Assembly: GCF_018977255.1 (NCBI RefSeq)
Contig: NW_024704742.1
Coordinates: forward strand, 22,508,001-22,572,000
Source: Callorhinchus milii
Taxonomy: Eukaryota
Direction of reading: 5' to 3'
Length of the DNA stretch: 64,000 bases
A model generated the notes under the pieces. The model made no database searches, had not been told where the DNA came from, and was given only the letters and a program-made list of their open reading frames with translations. Numbering within the stretch: position 1 is the stretch's first letter; the number at the start of each line of letters is the position of its first letter. Of this stretch, positions 1-13,700 are shown one piece after another. Made by a program: the position numbers and the translations under genes.

Positions 1-146
1 AGATCAAATAGGCCGAAGAGTCTTTTTCCATCTGAACTGATCTTGTGATCTTGTGATCAAATGCCAGGATTCCTATTATCGTTTCTGTCTTGACTCACAA
101 TTGCCGTATAATACTACCAATCGGCAGCAATGTGCTGTGACGTTCC

Positions 147-256
147 ATATTTCCCTTAACACAATGAAACAGGTGTGGGAATGTTATTATGTGTAAAATG
201 GCCATTTTACACATAATAACATTCCCACACGTGTTTCGTTGGGTTAAGGGGAATAT
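147..256. repeat. Spacerless 110-bp palindrome
   Basis: 173-201 is the exact reverse complement of 202-230; pairing extends to 147/256 with 2 mismatches and 2 G-T pairs. Confidence 0.95.
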
Positions 257-779
257 TCCTCCAGTTTACGCCATAATTGACTGATTTAGAAGCAGCACTG
301 AAGCAGATTTCTGCAAGCAGTTGAAATGCTGCTTAAAACCTGATGCCCATGAGTCGCTACCACTTTCTAAAATGTGTTTTTATTAAGCTTGTAAGTCTTG
401 TTACTATTTGCAGCTATAAAAGCAAGACACACAGGGGAGTGGGGCGAGGGGGGGCTAATTCAAAACCAGATGGGAAGCATTAATTGGGACTTGCAAAAGC
501 CATCAGAATTGCAAAACAGCTAATTACAATTTCCAAACATGAGGAAAAAAGGACCATCAAAACACAGACACAGTGGTTTGCTCTCGGGCCTTTTTTATTG
601 GCACTTTGGTGATTTTCGAAAATGGGTTTTTATAAATCTCACAAATTGGATGTCTTTGGAAAATGGGATACAATGACTCTTGTTTGTAAACATGGCTCAA
701 TAGATCCTCACATTGTTTGACTCGGCTTTAATTGCTCCTGTCCTTTGCACAATGACTTCAAGAAGAATATGTTTTATTC

Positions 780-2167
780 TGTTTCGCTGTTTCCTCTCCT
801 CCCACTCCCTCCATGAACCCCTCCAATCGGGTTTCCGTGCCGCCCACAGCACGGAAACTGCTCTGGTCAAGGTCACAAATGATATCCCAACCATGTGTGA
901 CCAGGGATCTCTCTGCCTCCTCGTCCTCCTCGATCTCTCTGCCACCTTTGATACTGTGGACCACTCAATCCTCTCCATGGCCCCTCCTCCCACCTCAACC
1001 TTCAAGGTTCTGTCCTTCACTGGTTCAGGTCCTACCTTTCACACCACCTCCACTTTGTCTCAGCAAATGGCTTCTCCTCCAACCCCCTTACCGTCTCATG
1101 CAGTGTTCTTCAGGGCTCTGTCCTCGGTCCCCCCCTCTTCACCCTCTACATGCTCCCCCTTGATGACATCATCCACAGACACAGGGTAAACTTCCACATG
1201 TATGCAGATGACACCCAACTCTATCTCTCTGCCTCCATCCTCAACTCCAGGATTACTGGCGTCCTGACCGACTGCCTGTCCGACATCAAGTCCTGGACGA
1301 GGGACAACTTTCTCCAACTGAACGTCAGCAAGACCGAGGCCCTCCTGATTGGCTCGCGCCAGCACCTCCGCACCTCGGGCACTGGCAGCATCAGCCTCCA
1401 CGGCTGCAAACTCAACCTCGCTAAGCCAGTCAGGAACCTGGGTGTCTCGTTTGATCCTGAACTGTCCTTTCTCCCCCACATCCACGCCATGACTGGCACT
1501 GCCTACCACCACCTCTGCAACATTGCCAGACTCTGCCATTGCCTCACCCCTCAGGGTGCCGAAACCCTCACCCACGCATTCGTCACATCAAGGCTCGATT
1601 ATGGAAACTCCCTCCTCATTGGCTTTCCCAACTCTTCCCTTCACAAACTGCAGGTCATCCAAAACTCTGCAGTTCGTGTACTCTCACGCACCAGGCTCCG
1701 TGACCCCATCACTCCCACCCTCGCCCGACTCCACTGGCTCCCCATCCCTCAGAGGATCAAATTCAAGATCCTCTTCCTCACTTTCAAGGCCATCCATGGC
1801 CTTGTCCCCTCCTACCTCTCTGATCTGCTGACTCCCTACCAACCTGCCCACTCCCTCCGTTCAGTGGCCTCTGTTCTGCTCCATGTCTCCCGCCCGACCC
1901 GCCCTACCATTGGTAGCCGGGCTTTCAGTCTCTTTGCCCCCACACTCTGGAACTCCATCCCACAGTCCCTTCGCCCTTGCTTCCTCCCTTGCCTCCTTCA
2001 AGGTCAGTCTCAAGACCCTCCTCTTCGATTGTGCCTTCGGTCGCCCTCCCACCTCTCTGCCTTCCCTCACCCCTACCCCATGCTCGGGTCCTGACCCCTG
2101 ACTGTCCAGCGCCGTGGGTCGTCCTCCTGACGAGAACTAACTCTATAAATGTAATTTTGTTGTTGTG
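780..2167 (+). mobile_element. L2-clade LINE, 5'-truncated, RT pseudogene with 3' UTR and (TTG)n tail
   Basis: [54 protein letters not shown] and APTLWNSIP lie in frameshifted ORFs 713-1189 and 1150-2094; the element ends in a stem-loop plus TTGTTGTTG. Confidence 0.93.
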
Positions 2168-4829
2168 GATGCTGCGGGTTGTTAACTGTGACGCAACATT
2201 AATAATAACAAAAATTGTGCCACGGTGAAGTCTAGGTCAGCAAGGATTTTAAAAATAGTCAAAACTTTAGAATTAGACCCAAGAGTCATAGGAAACTGGC
2301 AGCCTAGCAGCAAGTCATGTTTATTAAATAACACAAAGGAAAAAAATATGTTTTGCTGGGAAAATGTCCTTGTGAAAATGCTTTCTGCCTTTTGTCAATT
2401 TTTAAAAAATCACATCCAAGGTATTTATCACACGATGACTGTATGAGCGATTTTTTTTCTACACAATGTTGAATGTTGCACATCATTAATGTGGGAAACG
2501 AGGATGAATACAAAGGAAGGGTTTGAGATTTAGTGGATGACTGGCGCTAATATGTATGCAACATCAGGCTTAACTCCACTCCCTGATGACTTCTGAATGA
2601 CATGTCCCACATTAATGGGAAAATCAGAGCATGAGCCATGCTGGCCAGGCCTCCATTCTTAGCCCAGTAACAACACAAGTACAACTGTACCTCTACATCT
2701 TGTATCAATCCAAAACCTTTATGCAATATACCAGTGATAGAGTGACACACGCCAAACTACTTTGAGAGAGGAATTCCTGCAGGTTGATGGGCATTCTGAA
2801 GGGATTCCTTCATTTCATCTTGAGTTTATTGATGGCACAAAATACCACAAATGAAACCAGTGTTCGTGCTCGAGTCACGATAAGACCCCATTGTCTGCTC
2901 TAAATGACTGAGAAGTACCATCTTTTACTTGTATCAAACAACCTACTGAATTTTCTAAATGTATATAATACATGTTACAATCTTACACCATTCATCAGTG
3001 CTTTTTAAATCTCTGTCGTCATTATTGATTCTCTGTCGTTGTCTGGGCTTTAGTGGGGGTAACTTCTTTCACTTGATCATTTTCAGTTCGTGCCTGCGGC
3101 TCTTCCACCAAACCCCAAACAAAGAGGGTTTTGTTACCATGGAATTCTCCAGCTCCATAATACAACATGCTACGTTTTCAGCCAAGATGAACCTCTGTTC
3201 ACCTCTAACACTTACTCTTAATGAGATTCATTGCACAGTCTGTGTTCATTGCACAGTCTGCCAAAGTGAGGAGGTTTAGTACAGTTCATTATCTCTTGGA
3301 TGTGTCTGGACAGATTATCGAGGGAAAGCTAAGTACACCACGACCTCCCCCACAGTTGTTTCCAGCAAATGAAAGTGTATCTCCTGCCAGCTGATAGAGA
3401 ACAGCATTGAAGTGAGCCTGTGGCTAAGTCTCAGACTCTCAGCGTGCACTAAGTACCCCCCACTCAATTGAAGATAGGCACAGTCTGTCTGAGAGTGATG
3501 CGAAAATAGAGAAAAGTGATAGGAATGGCAAAACCATGAAAAGTGCATGTTCTTCCAAGTGCCCTTTCTTTCATCGGTTGTTGACCTGCAATTGACATTT
3601 ACTCTTGCATATCAATTGTACATTTAATAACGGTGGGGTTGGAAAGTGGTCTTTGAGAAAGAGGACATGTCAGTGGCACATAACTGGCAGATAAAGCACT
3701 TTACATCATCAACTGGATCTTCTCCATGTACACACCCCAACTCACGAGACCTCAGCTCCAACCCTTCAATATCACCTTCAAGGAAATGTCTCACGCGTCA
3801 ATGCAGAGTTTCCCATCTGACAATGCAGTTTATGTAGCGGGAAGCTTTACTTGGTGGAAAGGCACCAGTAGTATTACTAGAAAAACCTCTCAACTAGACA
3901 CACTGCTTTCCCAATGAACACTTTTTCAACCACACTGTAGTAGTGATTAAGGATAGTATGGGGAACTAAAGAATGGCTGGCCGATGGTTAGATAAGAAAA
4001 CAGAGCTTTTTATTCTCATGTTCAGTCATTTCGAGAAGACAATTGAGATCTGGTTTAAAACATTGCCCTGGATCCAGTCAGAGGACAGACTGTGCTTGAG
4101 AATTATCAGGTCTTTATGTTGTGTGTGGGCACAGGCTGATAAAGCACTTTTACCTTCCAGGCATGAATTGCTTTAAAAACTGCCCACCTCCCCCAACACA
4201 CACACACTTCTTTCCTCATTAACCACTGTCAAGCAGGACTGTCAGGGTGGGTTGGCACAGCCTATGCATATATTTACAGATGTCAATGCAGTATCTTTGT
4301 TCTGAAGCACAGCCACAGATTAGGAGTCTAACTTGGGTTCCTGATATCAAGCTCGCTGCTCTGGAGCAGGCGCTGCCGGGAACCACTTGGATGATCAATT
4401 TATTTTCCATTTAAGGCATGTGAGCACATTGGTATCTCATCACATAGAGGCATTCGGTGGAGACACTGTCATGCGTCTGTCTGTAAACAGATTACACTTC
4501 ATGCTGTGCACGTGACCAATCTTACCCGTCACAGGATATTTCAACACATTAACAGTTGTAAATATGAAAGTGCAAAAGATAAGACTTTGACTGGAGCTTG
4601 GAATTTTACCAGTTGTCGGGTTTAAACGAAATTTGCATTGGCTTATCTCTGTCCTGTTTTCTGACTGCATTGTATGAATTTTATTTCAAAAGCCCCCACG
4701 AGCTTTGTCTCGTGCTCAGGCCTGAGCAGTGTAAACCACAGAGCTCTGTTATATTTCAGTGGTGAAAGTGTGTTTTGATTATATTTGAGGACTTGTAATG
4801 CATTTTGTTACATTGCAAATGATAACGAA

Positions 4830-5165
4830 ACATTCTTGCATTTGATATCGCACTCTTCACATACATTGATAGAACGTCTCAAAGTGCTTCACAGGAATAT
4901 AGTGTAAAGTGTAGTGAAGATGTATTTTCATTTTTTGTCAGCAAATGTCGTAGCTAATTTGCACGCAGCAATTTCCCACAACCAGCCATGAAGTGAATGA
5001 CAAATTTTATTTGAAGGATGGTTGGCCAGAACATCACTTCTCATTTTGAATACTGACATAGGATCTTTAACGTCCACCTGAACTCGGTTTAACATCTCAT
5101 CTGAAGGTTCGGCACCTCTGACAATGCAGCACACCTCCTACACTGCATTGGAGTCTCAGCCTAGC
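4830..5165 (-). mobile_element. Deu-domain SINE family A
   Basis: Reverse complement of the gatgagatgttaaaccgag...gtggacgttaaagatcc Deu core. Confidence 0.8.
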
Positions 5166-5370
5166 CTGACTTACAAAACTTGCAGTGAAGTGCATACATT
5201 GTTAGTTGCTCTACACACTGCCCTTAAGACTAAAATACCTGGACTTCTCCCTCTTTAGTAAGGAGAGGGGGAATGAACTTATATTTGTTAGACATTGTTT
5301 TCATTAAGTTTTCTCACAAAAAGAAGTTGAGGGAGAGGGAAGATAGTGGCACGGGACTTAATCGGGACTT

Positions 5371-5746
5371 GGAGTCCTGTAGCTCAGTGGTTAGAGCACT
5401 CACATCGCAAGCAAGAGACCTGAGCTTGCTTCCCGGCAGGGCTAAACATTGGGTAAGTTTCCTTATTCCACACGCCTCTGTTTACCTAGCAGTAAGTAGG
5501 AGCCCGGTTGTTAGTTGATTGGCAGATCACTTTTCTGGGGTAATAATTCCTTCTAAAAACATTTTTTTTAAAAAATTGGTCACTCAATCCACGACAGTTT
5601 GTGGGACACTGCTGTATGCAATTGGTTGCCGCGTTTCATCCACAAAATATACAGTCAATTCACTTTACAGTATATTCTGTGAAGCGCTTTGAGATGTCCC
5701 GAAGACATAAGGTGCTATATCAAAGGATTATTATTATATTATTATC
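5371..5746 (+). mobile_element. tRNA(Ala)-derived SINE family B, long form, full length
   Basis: A box tagctcagtgg, degenerate B box, CORE-like ttgggtaagtttccttattcc, Deu-type 3' part, stem-loop and (ATT)n tail. Confidence 0.9.
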
Positions 5747-6418
5747 ACGTGGAAAGGAAATGTGTCCTTAAATTGTATCTTTAGTGATGAGTTTGGGAGT
5801 AAATATCTCCCCCCACCTGTCACCTGCCTGCCTGACCTTGAAGGAGAATGACTCTGCTGTGAGGCTGTAGATTGAATATCGGAGATATACGTTTGATACA
5901 GGGAGAAGCGAGTGATGAGCAGACACCGCTATCATTCCTAGCCTCGGCAGTGGAGCTCCAGTGACGATGCCCCAGTTACTGGCTTAAGCAGTAACTAGAA
6001 CTGCAAATGTGAGCTTTCCCATCACATCAGAATAACTGATCATTCACTGATGTCCATTTTTCTAACTGTAGGCCAGATACTGTTATTATAATGTGCAGTA
6101 TTACAGTCTAGACACACATTTCTGCAGCCTCCTCCTATGTACTTAGATGTAGACATGAGTGGGTGGCAGCCTGACATGCTACAAGCACAAATAATCTTCC
6201 CCATCACGAAGGGGATTAGGTTCAGCCTCATGGGAACCAGAAGTAAAACTTGTTTGTAATTCATCACATTGTTTCCAAGATATAGCACAATTGTGGGCCT
6301 TCTTAGTGGTGAACGTGCTGTGTTGTTTACGTGAAGAGGTCCCATCCTGTATAATCGCTCAAAAGATCCTTAATGACATCCTGAATGAGCGGCTAGGTTC
6401 AATTGCTTTTGTAGTGTA

Positions 6419-7030
6419 CACAACAACAACAACAACAAAATTACATTTGTATAGCGCCTTTCACGTCAGGAGGACGTCCCAAGGCACTGGACAGACAATT
6501 ACGGACCCGAGCTGAGGGTCAGGGTGGGGGAGGGTGGAGGGCAGGGGGGGAAGCAGGGGGATCGAAAGCACGCTCGAAGAGGAGGCAAGAGAGGGGTTGA
6601 AATGGTGGGACTACGGGATGGAGTTCCAGAGGGTGGGTGCAGAGTGGCCTGCCGATAGTGGGGCGAGCAAGGCAGGGAACGTGAAGCAGGCTGGAGCCCC
6701 CTGAGCGGAGGGAGCGAACAGAGTGGTAGGGGGTTAGGAGGCCGGAGAGGTAGGTGGGAGTAAGACTGTGAAGGGCTTTAAAGGTGAGGACCAGGATCTT
6801 GAACTGTATCCTCTGAGTGATGGGAAGCCAGTGGAGTTGGGTGAGGATGGGGTTGATAGGGTCATGGAGTCTGGTGCGGGAGAGAACACGGGCTGCAGGG
6901 TTCTGGATGATCTGCAGCCTGTGGAGGGAAGTTGGGGAGGCCGACAAGCAGGGAGTGAGTTTGCATAGTTGAGCCTCGACGTAATGAAGGCGTGTATGAG
7001 GGTTTTGGCGGCCTGCGGTGGTGAGACAGT
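6419..7030 (-). mobile_element. L2 LINE 3' fragment
   Basis: (CAA)n tail, shared stem-loop, and LQIIQNPAARVL...LHWLPITQRIQFKIL on the minus strand. Confidence 0.9.
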
Positions 7031-8228
7031 GGTGTATAGGAGGCTAATTTGAAAGATACCCACATTATATACATTCTCGAATACCCCTCACTCACCCCTG
7101 AAATAAAAAAATAATAATAATATAATAATAATAGTGAAATCTACCCAGTTCAATTTTAAATTTTAAATTTGTCAACAGTCTGAACTTCATCTGCATTCTT
7201 CAGCCACTGTGCAAAGTACATTGTAAACTGCGCTTATACCTTTTAAAATGTGCTCCCCTGGTTTTTGAACCCTACCTTTTTATGCCAGTGAATAAGGGAT
7301 GGAACCCGATGAAAGATTCAGATGAATACTGTTCATTTGCATTTGGCATTTTCGCCAACAGCGGGAAAATTATGTTCTGGTGTAGTCTATTCTAAATTCT
7401 GTATAACTTGAAAGTCAGGTCATTTCTACAGACTCGATAGCTGACACACTGGAGTCCTAAAACCTGAAATTCTTATGGGCTTAACCTTAAGACCTAAATG
7501 ATAATAATAATCTTTGCATTTTATATAGTGCCTTTTATATCGGAAGGACACCTCAACACACTTCACATGATTCATTGTAAAGTATAGTAACTGTGCATTA
7601 TGTATTTTTTCTGTTCAGGTAGTAATCTTTAACATCCACCTAAACATGCAGATGGTACCTCGATTTCACATCTCATCCGATGGATAGCACCTCCAGGAAT
7701 GCAGTCCTCCCCAGCCTAGGCAAAGTCCGATGTGGGGCTTGACCCCATGATATTCTGAGGTGATGCTGCTATGAACTGAGCTAGGCTAACACCTTAATAT
7801 TAAAGATTGTGTAGAATTTTGTAACTTTAATCTAGTCTGATTTGAAAGCCAGTTTTCTGCAGTTGAGACACATATAGTACAAAATAACATCTAGTCTTTA
7901 CTTTAAAACTGTTTTGCCTCAATATTTCATACTGTGCGGAACTTTGAAAATTCTTGAATTAGTCTAAATTTGGAATCTGATTCTTTTTAAGAACTGTGGA
8001 ATATTGACATCCAAGTGAAGACTGAATTTAAGATTTTTTTTACAATTCTACAGGCTAAAATTAGGCGAAATTTCAGAACTCCTAAATTTTAAAACAATGA
8101 AATTTCAGTGGGGAAGGGGAGGGGGGAACAGCTGGAGGGGAGAGAAAAAAGTTGGGGTGAGATTCAAATAAACTCAGTAACACACCAGTAACTTTGTGAG
8201 TATTTATTACTATAACCTGGGAGTTCTC

Positions 8229-8495
8229 AATAATAATAATAATAATAATCCTTGCATTTGATATAGTGCTTTTCATGTCAGGAGGACATCCCAAAGTGCT
8301 TCACAGAACACACTGTAAAGTGAATTGACTGTATATTTGTGGGCGAATGCGGCAGCCAATTGCGCACAGCAATGTCCCACAAACAGTCGTAGAATGAAAA
8401 TGACCAATTTATTATTGTTTTTGGTTTTGGAGGGATTATTATTAGGCGTGTGGAGTAAGGAAACTTGCCCAAGGTTTCGCCCTGACCTGCCTGGA
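8229..8495 (-). mobile_element. SINE family B, short form, 5'-truncated
   Basis: Near-identical to 15003-15255, with an L2-type loop in the tail. Confidence 0.88.
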
Positions 8496-9329
8496 ATGCT
8501 GACCACGGGCACAAAAATCTGGGAGCGTGCTTCACACCCATCACTGACAGCCCTCACCTTGATGAGCAGAAAATATAGATGTAAAAGTGCACATAATTCT
8601 CTGCACTGCAGGATCAAGGAGATGTTTGCACACAGCCGCTCAGAGCTGGCTTGGATAAAGCCCATTTTCTGGTGGCATTGTTGTTGTAGAACAAGGCTGG
8701 TAGCCAGATGCTTTAGAAGCATCACAATTTATTACTATGAAGGATAAACACTTGGTGCTTTGCAAACTATCAACCAAAGCTGCCTGGAATGCAGAATAAC
8801 TGGGATTGGAACTCCGTTGTATAATTTTCCCGATGTGGAGGTTGTGTGTGTTTGGGTAAACACTTAAGTGGCCACAAGGATTGGAGAGGGAGGACCAGAG
8901 TTGCGATAGGAAGAATTGTCTATAAAAATTGTAGTGCTCCAAGATTGCTGTTGACGTTATCATGTCTGTAGGGAGATTCTGGACTGGCAAGGTTCCTGGG
9001 ATATGAAGACAGAAGGCTGGCTATACAAACATCCTTTTTGTTAAATAAAACAAGTTATCTTCAACAAGCCAAATGAGTTATAATAATAATCCTTGCATTT
9101 TGATATAGCACCCTATCACATCTTCAAGTTGTCTCAAAGCGCTTCACAGAATAGCTGCCTTTTTCATCACTGCCGTTTTGCTGTCTTGTGGCAAAACAAC
9201 TGTGAACAGTTCTGATGTGATTTAAGGGATTTTCTGTAATTTATTACTTGCTTCCCATCCTGTGGCCTCCCCATACTAGGCTAGGTCAGCGATCTGGATA
9301 CTCCCAAGTTTCTGCTCATTATCCACCAT

Positions 9330-9580
9330 CAGAGCAGAACCGGGTGGGCTTTCAACCTCTCTGCCCCCACCTTCTGGAATTCTATCCCACAGTCCCTTGC
9401 TTTGCCCCCTCCCTTACCTCCTTCAAGACCCGTCTCAAAAGCCTCCTCTTCGACCGTGCCTTCAGTCACCGTCCTTCCCCTCCCCTCCCTCCAGCTTGGG
9501 TGCAGATCCCTGACTGTCCAGCATCTTGGGACGTCCTCCTAACATGGCAGGCACTACAAATGTAATTTGTCGTTGTTGTC
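9330..9580 (+). mobile_element. L2 LINE 3' fragment
   Basis: Matches the 3' end of the 780-2167 element, including the tail. Confidence 0.8.
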
Positions 9581-10574
9581 GTCTGTATAGCCAGGATTCT
9601 GATATCCCTTTTTGTTGGAGGAGTGACTTGGTCTTGGCTCACTGCCTTTTGGGAACATAATGGTGAGAAACATAATGGGATCGAAATTCCAGAGGACAAG
9701 AAGTGCTTGAGTAAAAGGGGTATTTACCGGGCTGGCAATTCTTTTTCATTGCACCCAAACATAAATGGCAAGTGGTTCTGGTTTGTGGATGTTAGTCTGT
9801 GGACATTTCCAAATTTGACGGCAGAGATGCTGCCAATCAGAAATTGATTTCAAATTAGTTTATTATTGTTATTAATAATAATAATCCTGACATTTAGTAT
9901 ATCGTCTTTCACACTGGGAGGACATCCCAAAATGTTCCACAGGATAAACTGTGTATTTTGTAGGTGAGACACAAGCACATCAAGATGATAATAATAGTAA
10001 AATAATAATAATCCTTGCATTTGATATAAGGCCTTATAATGTCTTCGAGACGTCTCAAAGTGCTTCACAGAAAATACTGTAAAGTGAATTGACTGTATAT
10101 TTGTGGGCGTGTGGCTGGACACATATTTTGTGGATTGTGGCTGGATGTGTGGCTTCTATAAACACTGATTTCAATGGGAATGGAAGTGCAGAGATGTCAG
10201 AAGAAGATCTTCATAAGAAAGTGCTCCCAGGAGCAGTTCAAGGCTGAGCGATTGAGTACAGGTTACTTTGGCTGAGAACATTCTCAAGATTTAAGAATTC
10301 GAAGACACTTCAACCATCAAAAATTGTGAATGTGGGTCAAGATCATGGTCCAGTTAAATGATAACCTGAATGACCTGCCTTGAAATAATGAAGGTGTTTT
10401 ATGCCCTAAAAAGAAAAATGAATGCAAGAACCACAGAATAATGGATAAGGCATCAATGGCAAATAAATCCCATGATTGCTTTACCTCCCATAAATAGAGT
10501 TCAACACAATGCTAAAGCTGGATCCTTGTTTCTTTAGAGTGCACAATTATACACAACAGGAAGAAAAGTATGAA

Positions 10575-10740
10575 GTTAGGTAGAGGGAGTATACATGGGT
10601 AAGTAGAGGGAGATTGTTGAGATGGTAGAGGGAGTGTGTACAGTGGTAAGTAGAGAGAGAGTGTGTAGATGGTAGAGGGAGAGTGTAGGGATGGTAGAGA
10701 GAGAGTGTGGGGATGGTAGAGGGAGAGTACAGGGGTGGGT
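10575..10740. repeat. Degenerate purine-rich minisatellite (GGTAGAGGGAG...)
   Basis: Repeated gatggtagagggagag/tgtgta units. Confidence 0.8.
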
Positions 10741-13700
10741 GGAGGAAGTTTACAGAGATCCTGAATACAAGGTTTCCCAGGGTCCAGTGGCAACATGATC
10801 ATGGCATGAGTCAAGGCGTTAGTGGGCAAGACCGTTGACTTTTGCCTTTTCCTCCTCCTCCTCCGTCCTTGGGACTCACAGCACCAGGGTTCCCGCACTC
10901 TGTCCATCTCACACAGGTTTCAAATGCACAGAGTCAGGCTAGTGAGCATTCAAACAAAAGTCACCATTTGGGAGCCAGTAAGAGGAAAGGCACAACCTAG
11001 CGCATTGATGTTAGGTTTCTAAATATGTATATATAGTTATATTGGAAAGTATAATTTGAGCACCTAACTCTTATCCTGATTGGTTCCACCATTATTAAGT
11101 ATTTGAAGGATATATATTTAACCACATTCTGCAATCCCCACCACCAACACAGTCTGTATTGTAAGAGGTTTCAATGAGGTGTATTAATACTGTGTCAGCC
11201 AAAGTAGCACAATTTCCTACATTAAAAACACAGCCAAAATATTTGCCTATTTGAGTTTTTTTTAATGTCTGCCACATTTCTAAAGACGCTATTGTATGTG
11301 AACAACTCACAAGAATTTCAGATGTAAGGTTCCCTGGTTACTCACAATAAAAATGTAACCACATTTTATTTCCCAAATTATGCCACCAATATTAATTCAA
11401 TATTAAGTCAAATCTATTAAAAAGTAAGGAAATTTCAAGTGATAATTTTTTAAAATTGAATCTTAAAGCAAATCCACAATTTAATTTGCGATCCAGAAAT
11501 CACTGTTCGCACAGCAACCTGCAAATATATTTCCAACTCCAATATCTCATCTCCAACTCTAGAAGTGCATTCTCTACTGCGCCAATGTAATATTTTCCAT
11601 TTCCCATACAAGGCCATCCTTATAGCCTTTCTGAATCAGACTGCATATTTGTGACCCAGGAACTGAGCTAATACCAGACTATCCATCCATCAATCTAAAC
11701 CCACTTTCCGGAGGTGAGGCATTTGAGAGCTAACCCATTTCCTAAGGAATGCCTGTTTGGTCTGTCAAGGGAGGACCAAGATCAGTTGTGGCCACATTAA
11801 AAAACGAGAATGGAGACCAAGGGCAGGACCAAGCAGGGCTGATATTGAGCAAGAACTGAGGCTGAGTAGAGCCAGAGTGTGTAGGCAGGATATAAAGCAG
11901 TAAAATAAATCTGAAGCTTTTTACTGTGTAGATTCTGGTGTCCAGCTGTCGCAGTGCGGATAACAATCCTTGCATTTGAGGATGGTTCTTGCCAATTTCA
12001 ACTAGACCGAGCAATTTTATGGGGAAATAAAGCTGCCCTCATTCTCATTGTTGGCTTTTGAATGGGTTATCAAACACTTAATCAACGACAATGATGACAA
12101 CTTGCATTTATGTAGCGTCCTCCTCTCAGAGCACTTACCTCCACAAGTGTGAGGGCTTCGCAGTGCTGTGGTACTATACGCCCCTAAACAAAGGTAACTA
12201 GGGTGTTAGGGTGAAGTACCGGAGGGTGATTGGCACTCCATGGAAACCTTGCTTCAAAGAGAAAATCAGCAGAAGTGATGAGTGAAAATTAAAATAACAC
12301 TGTCCTCCTGACATCAAAGGCGCTGTTCTAATTGTAAGGATTATTAGTAACAAGAATAAAATGATCTACTGCATACAGGATACACTTTTTACGGTTTCAA
12401 CTTTTTATGTCAGCCAGCCCGACTGCAAACCATCACCATGTTGTCACAGGACCAAGAACTGAGCCTTAACCTGAGTGTGGGCTTTGTCTCTGGGTTCAAA
12501 TGCAGATGTCTAATTTATACTGGTACATTTTGTGCTTTGCAGTAATGCCTTTTATTGTCACGAATGATTGAGTCGCTGAGAGTGCTTTCACAACTATGTA
12601 GAAGTTTTATAGCAACCAGCCCAAGAATTAATCAGAAATGCTCCCTTTGTCCCAAGCTCTGCAGTAATGGACTGAAGGGAATTTAACATCTGCCAAATTT
12701 CCTTTGCATTAGTTTAGATGGCAATCATCAGGAAGGAAACTTTATTTATTCAGTGCATTTTCAAAGATGTAATTAACATGATGAAGTATGATTTAATGAT
12801 ATCTCCTTTATAGCGCTTAAAAACATAATCGAGCTTTGGTACTTTGGCTCTATTGCAAGAATCATGTAAAGGGAGAATTATGCGATCTAATTATCAGGGC
12901 CTAACTTATATTATTTTAATATACTGAATATATCAGGCACATTGCATGAAGATAAAACTAATGATTTTGAGTTTTTGAGAACGATTATTTTGGGTTAAGG
13001 CTCACTCGCAAACCAGCTGAATACTTGTTAAACTTGGGTCATACCTTGATGGTGAGGAAGATAACTCCACAGTCTTAAAACTCCCATCGGAAAATCTCCA
13101 GCACCCGGATAGTGAAAGCCACCTCCATTTCTGTCAGTTCAGTTAAAGGTGAAAACTAGTTCCAATTAGTATAATGCATTTAATATGTTATTTCTGTTAA
13201 TCCAATGACTTTGACCTCCATATTCAGAGACAGGGGTTTTATCTTATTATTGAAATGTGTTTGATTTCACTCCAAACAAAGACTAAAATAGAACAATATG
13301 AAGAGGATAACATGGCCCAGGCATAAAGGATGACAAGCAAATTTATGCCATATTTTTCCAGTCAAATTCTTGGTTGTATCTTGAGGCCATTTCACTATAA
13401 GTCAAAGGGAACTAGATTACTTGTGAGGCCACAATTGAAGTGTTGGAGTCTGATTTACGATAGTTCTTAACAGAATGTTTTTATGATAATCATTGCTTTG
13501 TAAGTGGGAATTTAAATGGGGATTCAGATAGATAATAATATAATAAACTTTGCATTTGATTCCATCATTGTGCAGCCCCCACGCCCCCACCCAACACACA
13601 CACACACATACACAGCCTCAGCAAAATGGTAGAGTCTGAAGGAATTCTTACGCTAAAACTATATCATATCCAAATAATGTTATTTCATCAATATAATAAT

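Noticed and set aside
1150..2094. Functional reverse transcriptase gene
   Set aside because: 5'-truncated, frameshifted L2 copy with internal deletions.
3300..3930. Possible RTE-clade LINE remnants (also ~8545-9000)
   Set aside because: Too degraded to assign without a profile search.
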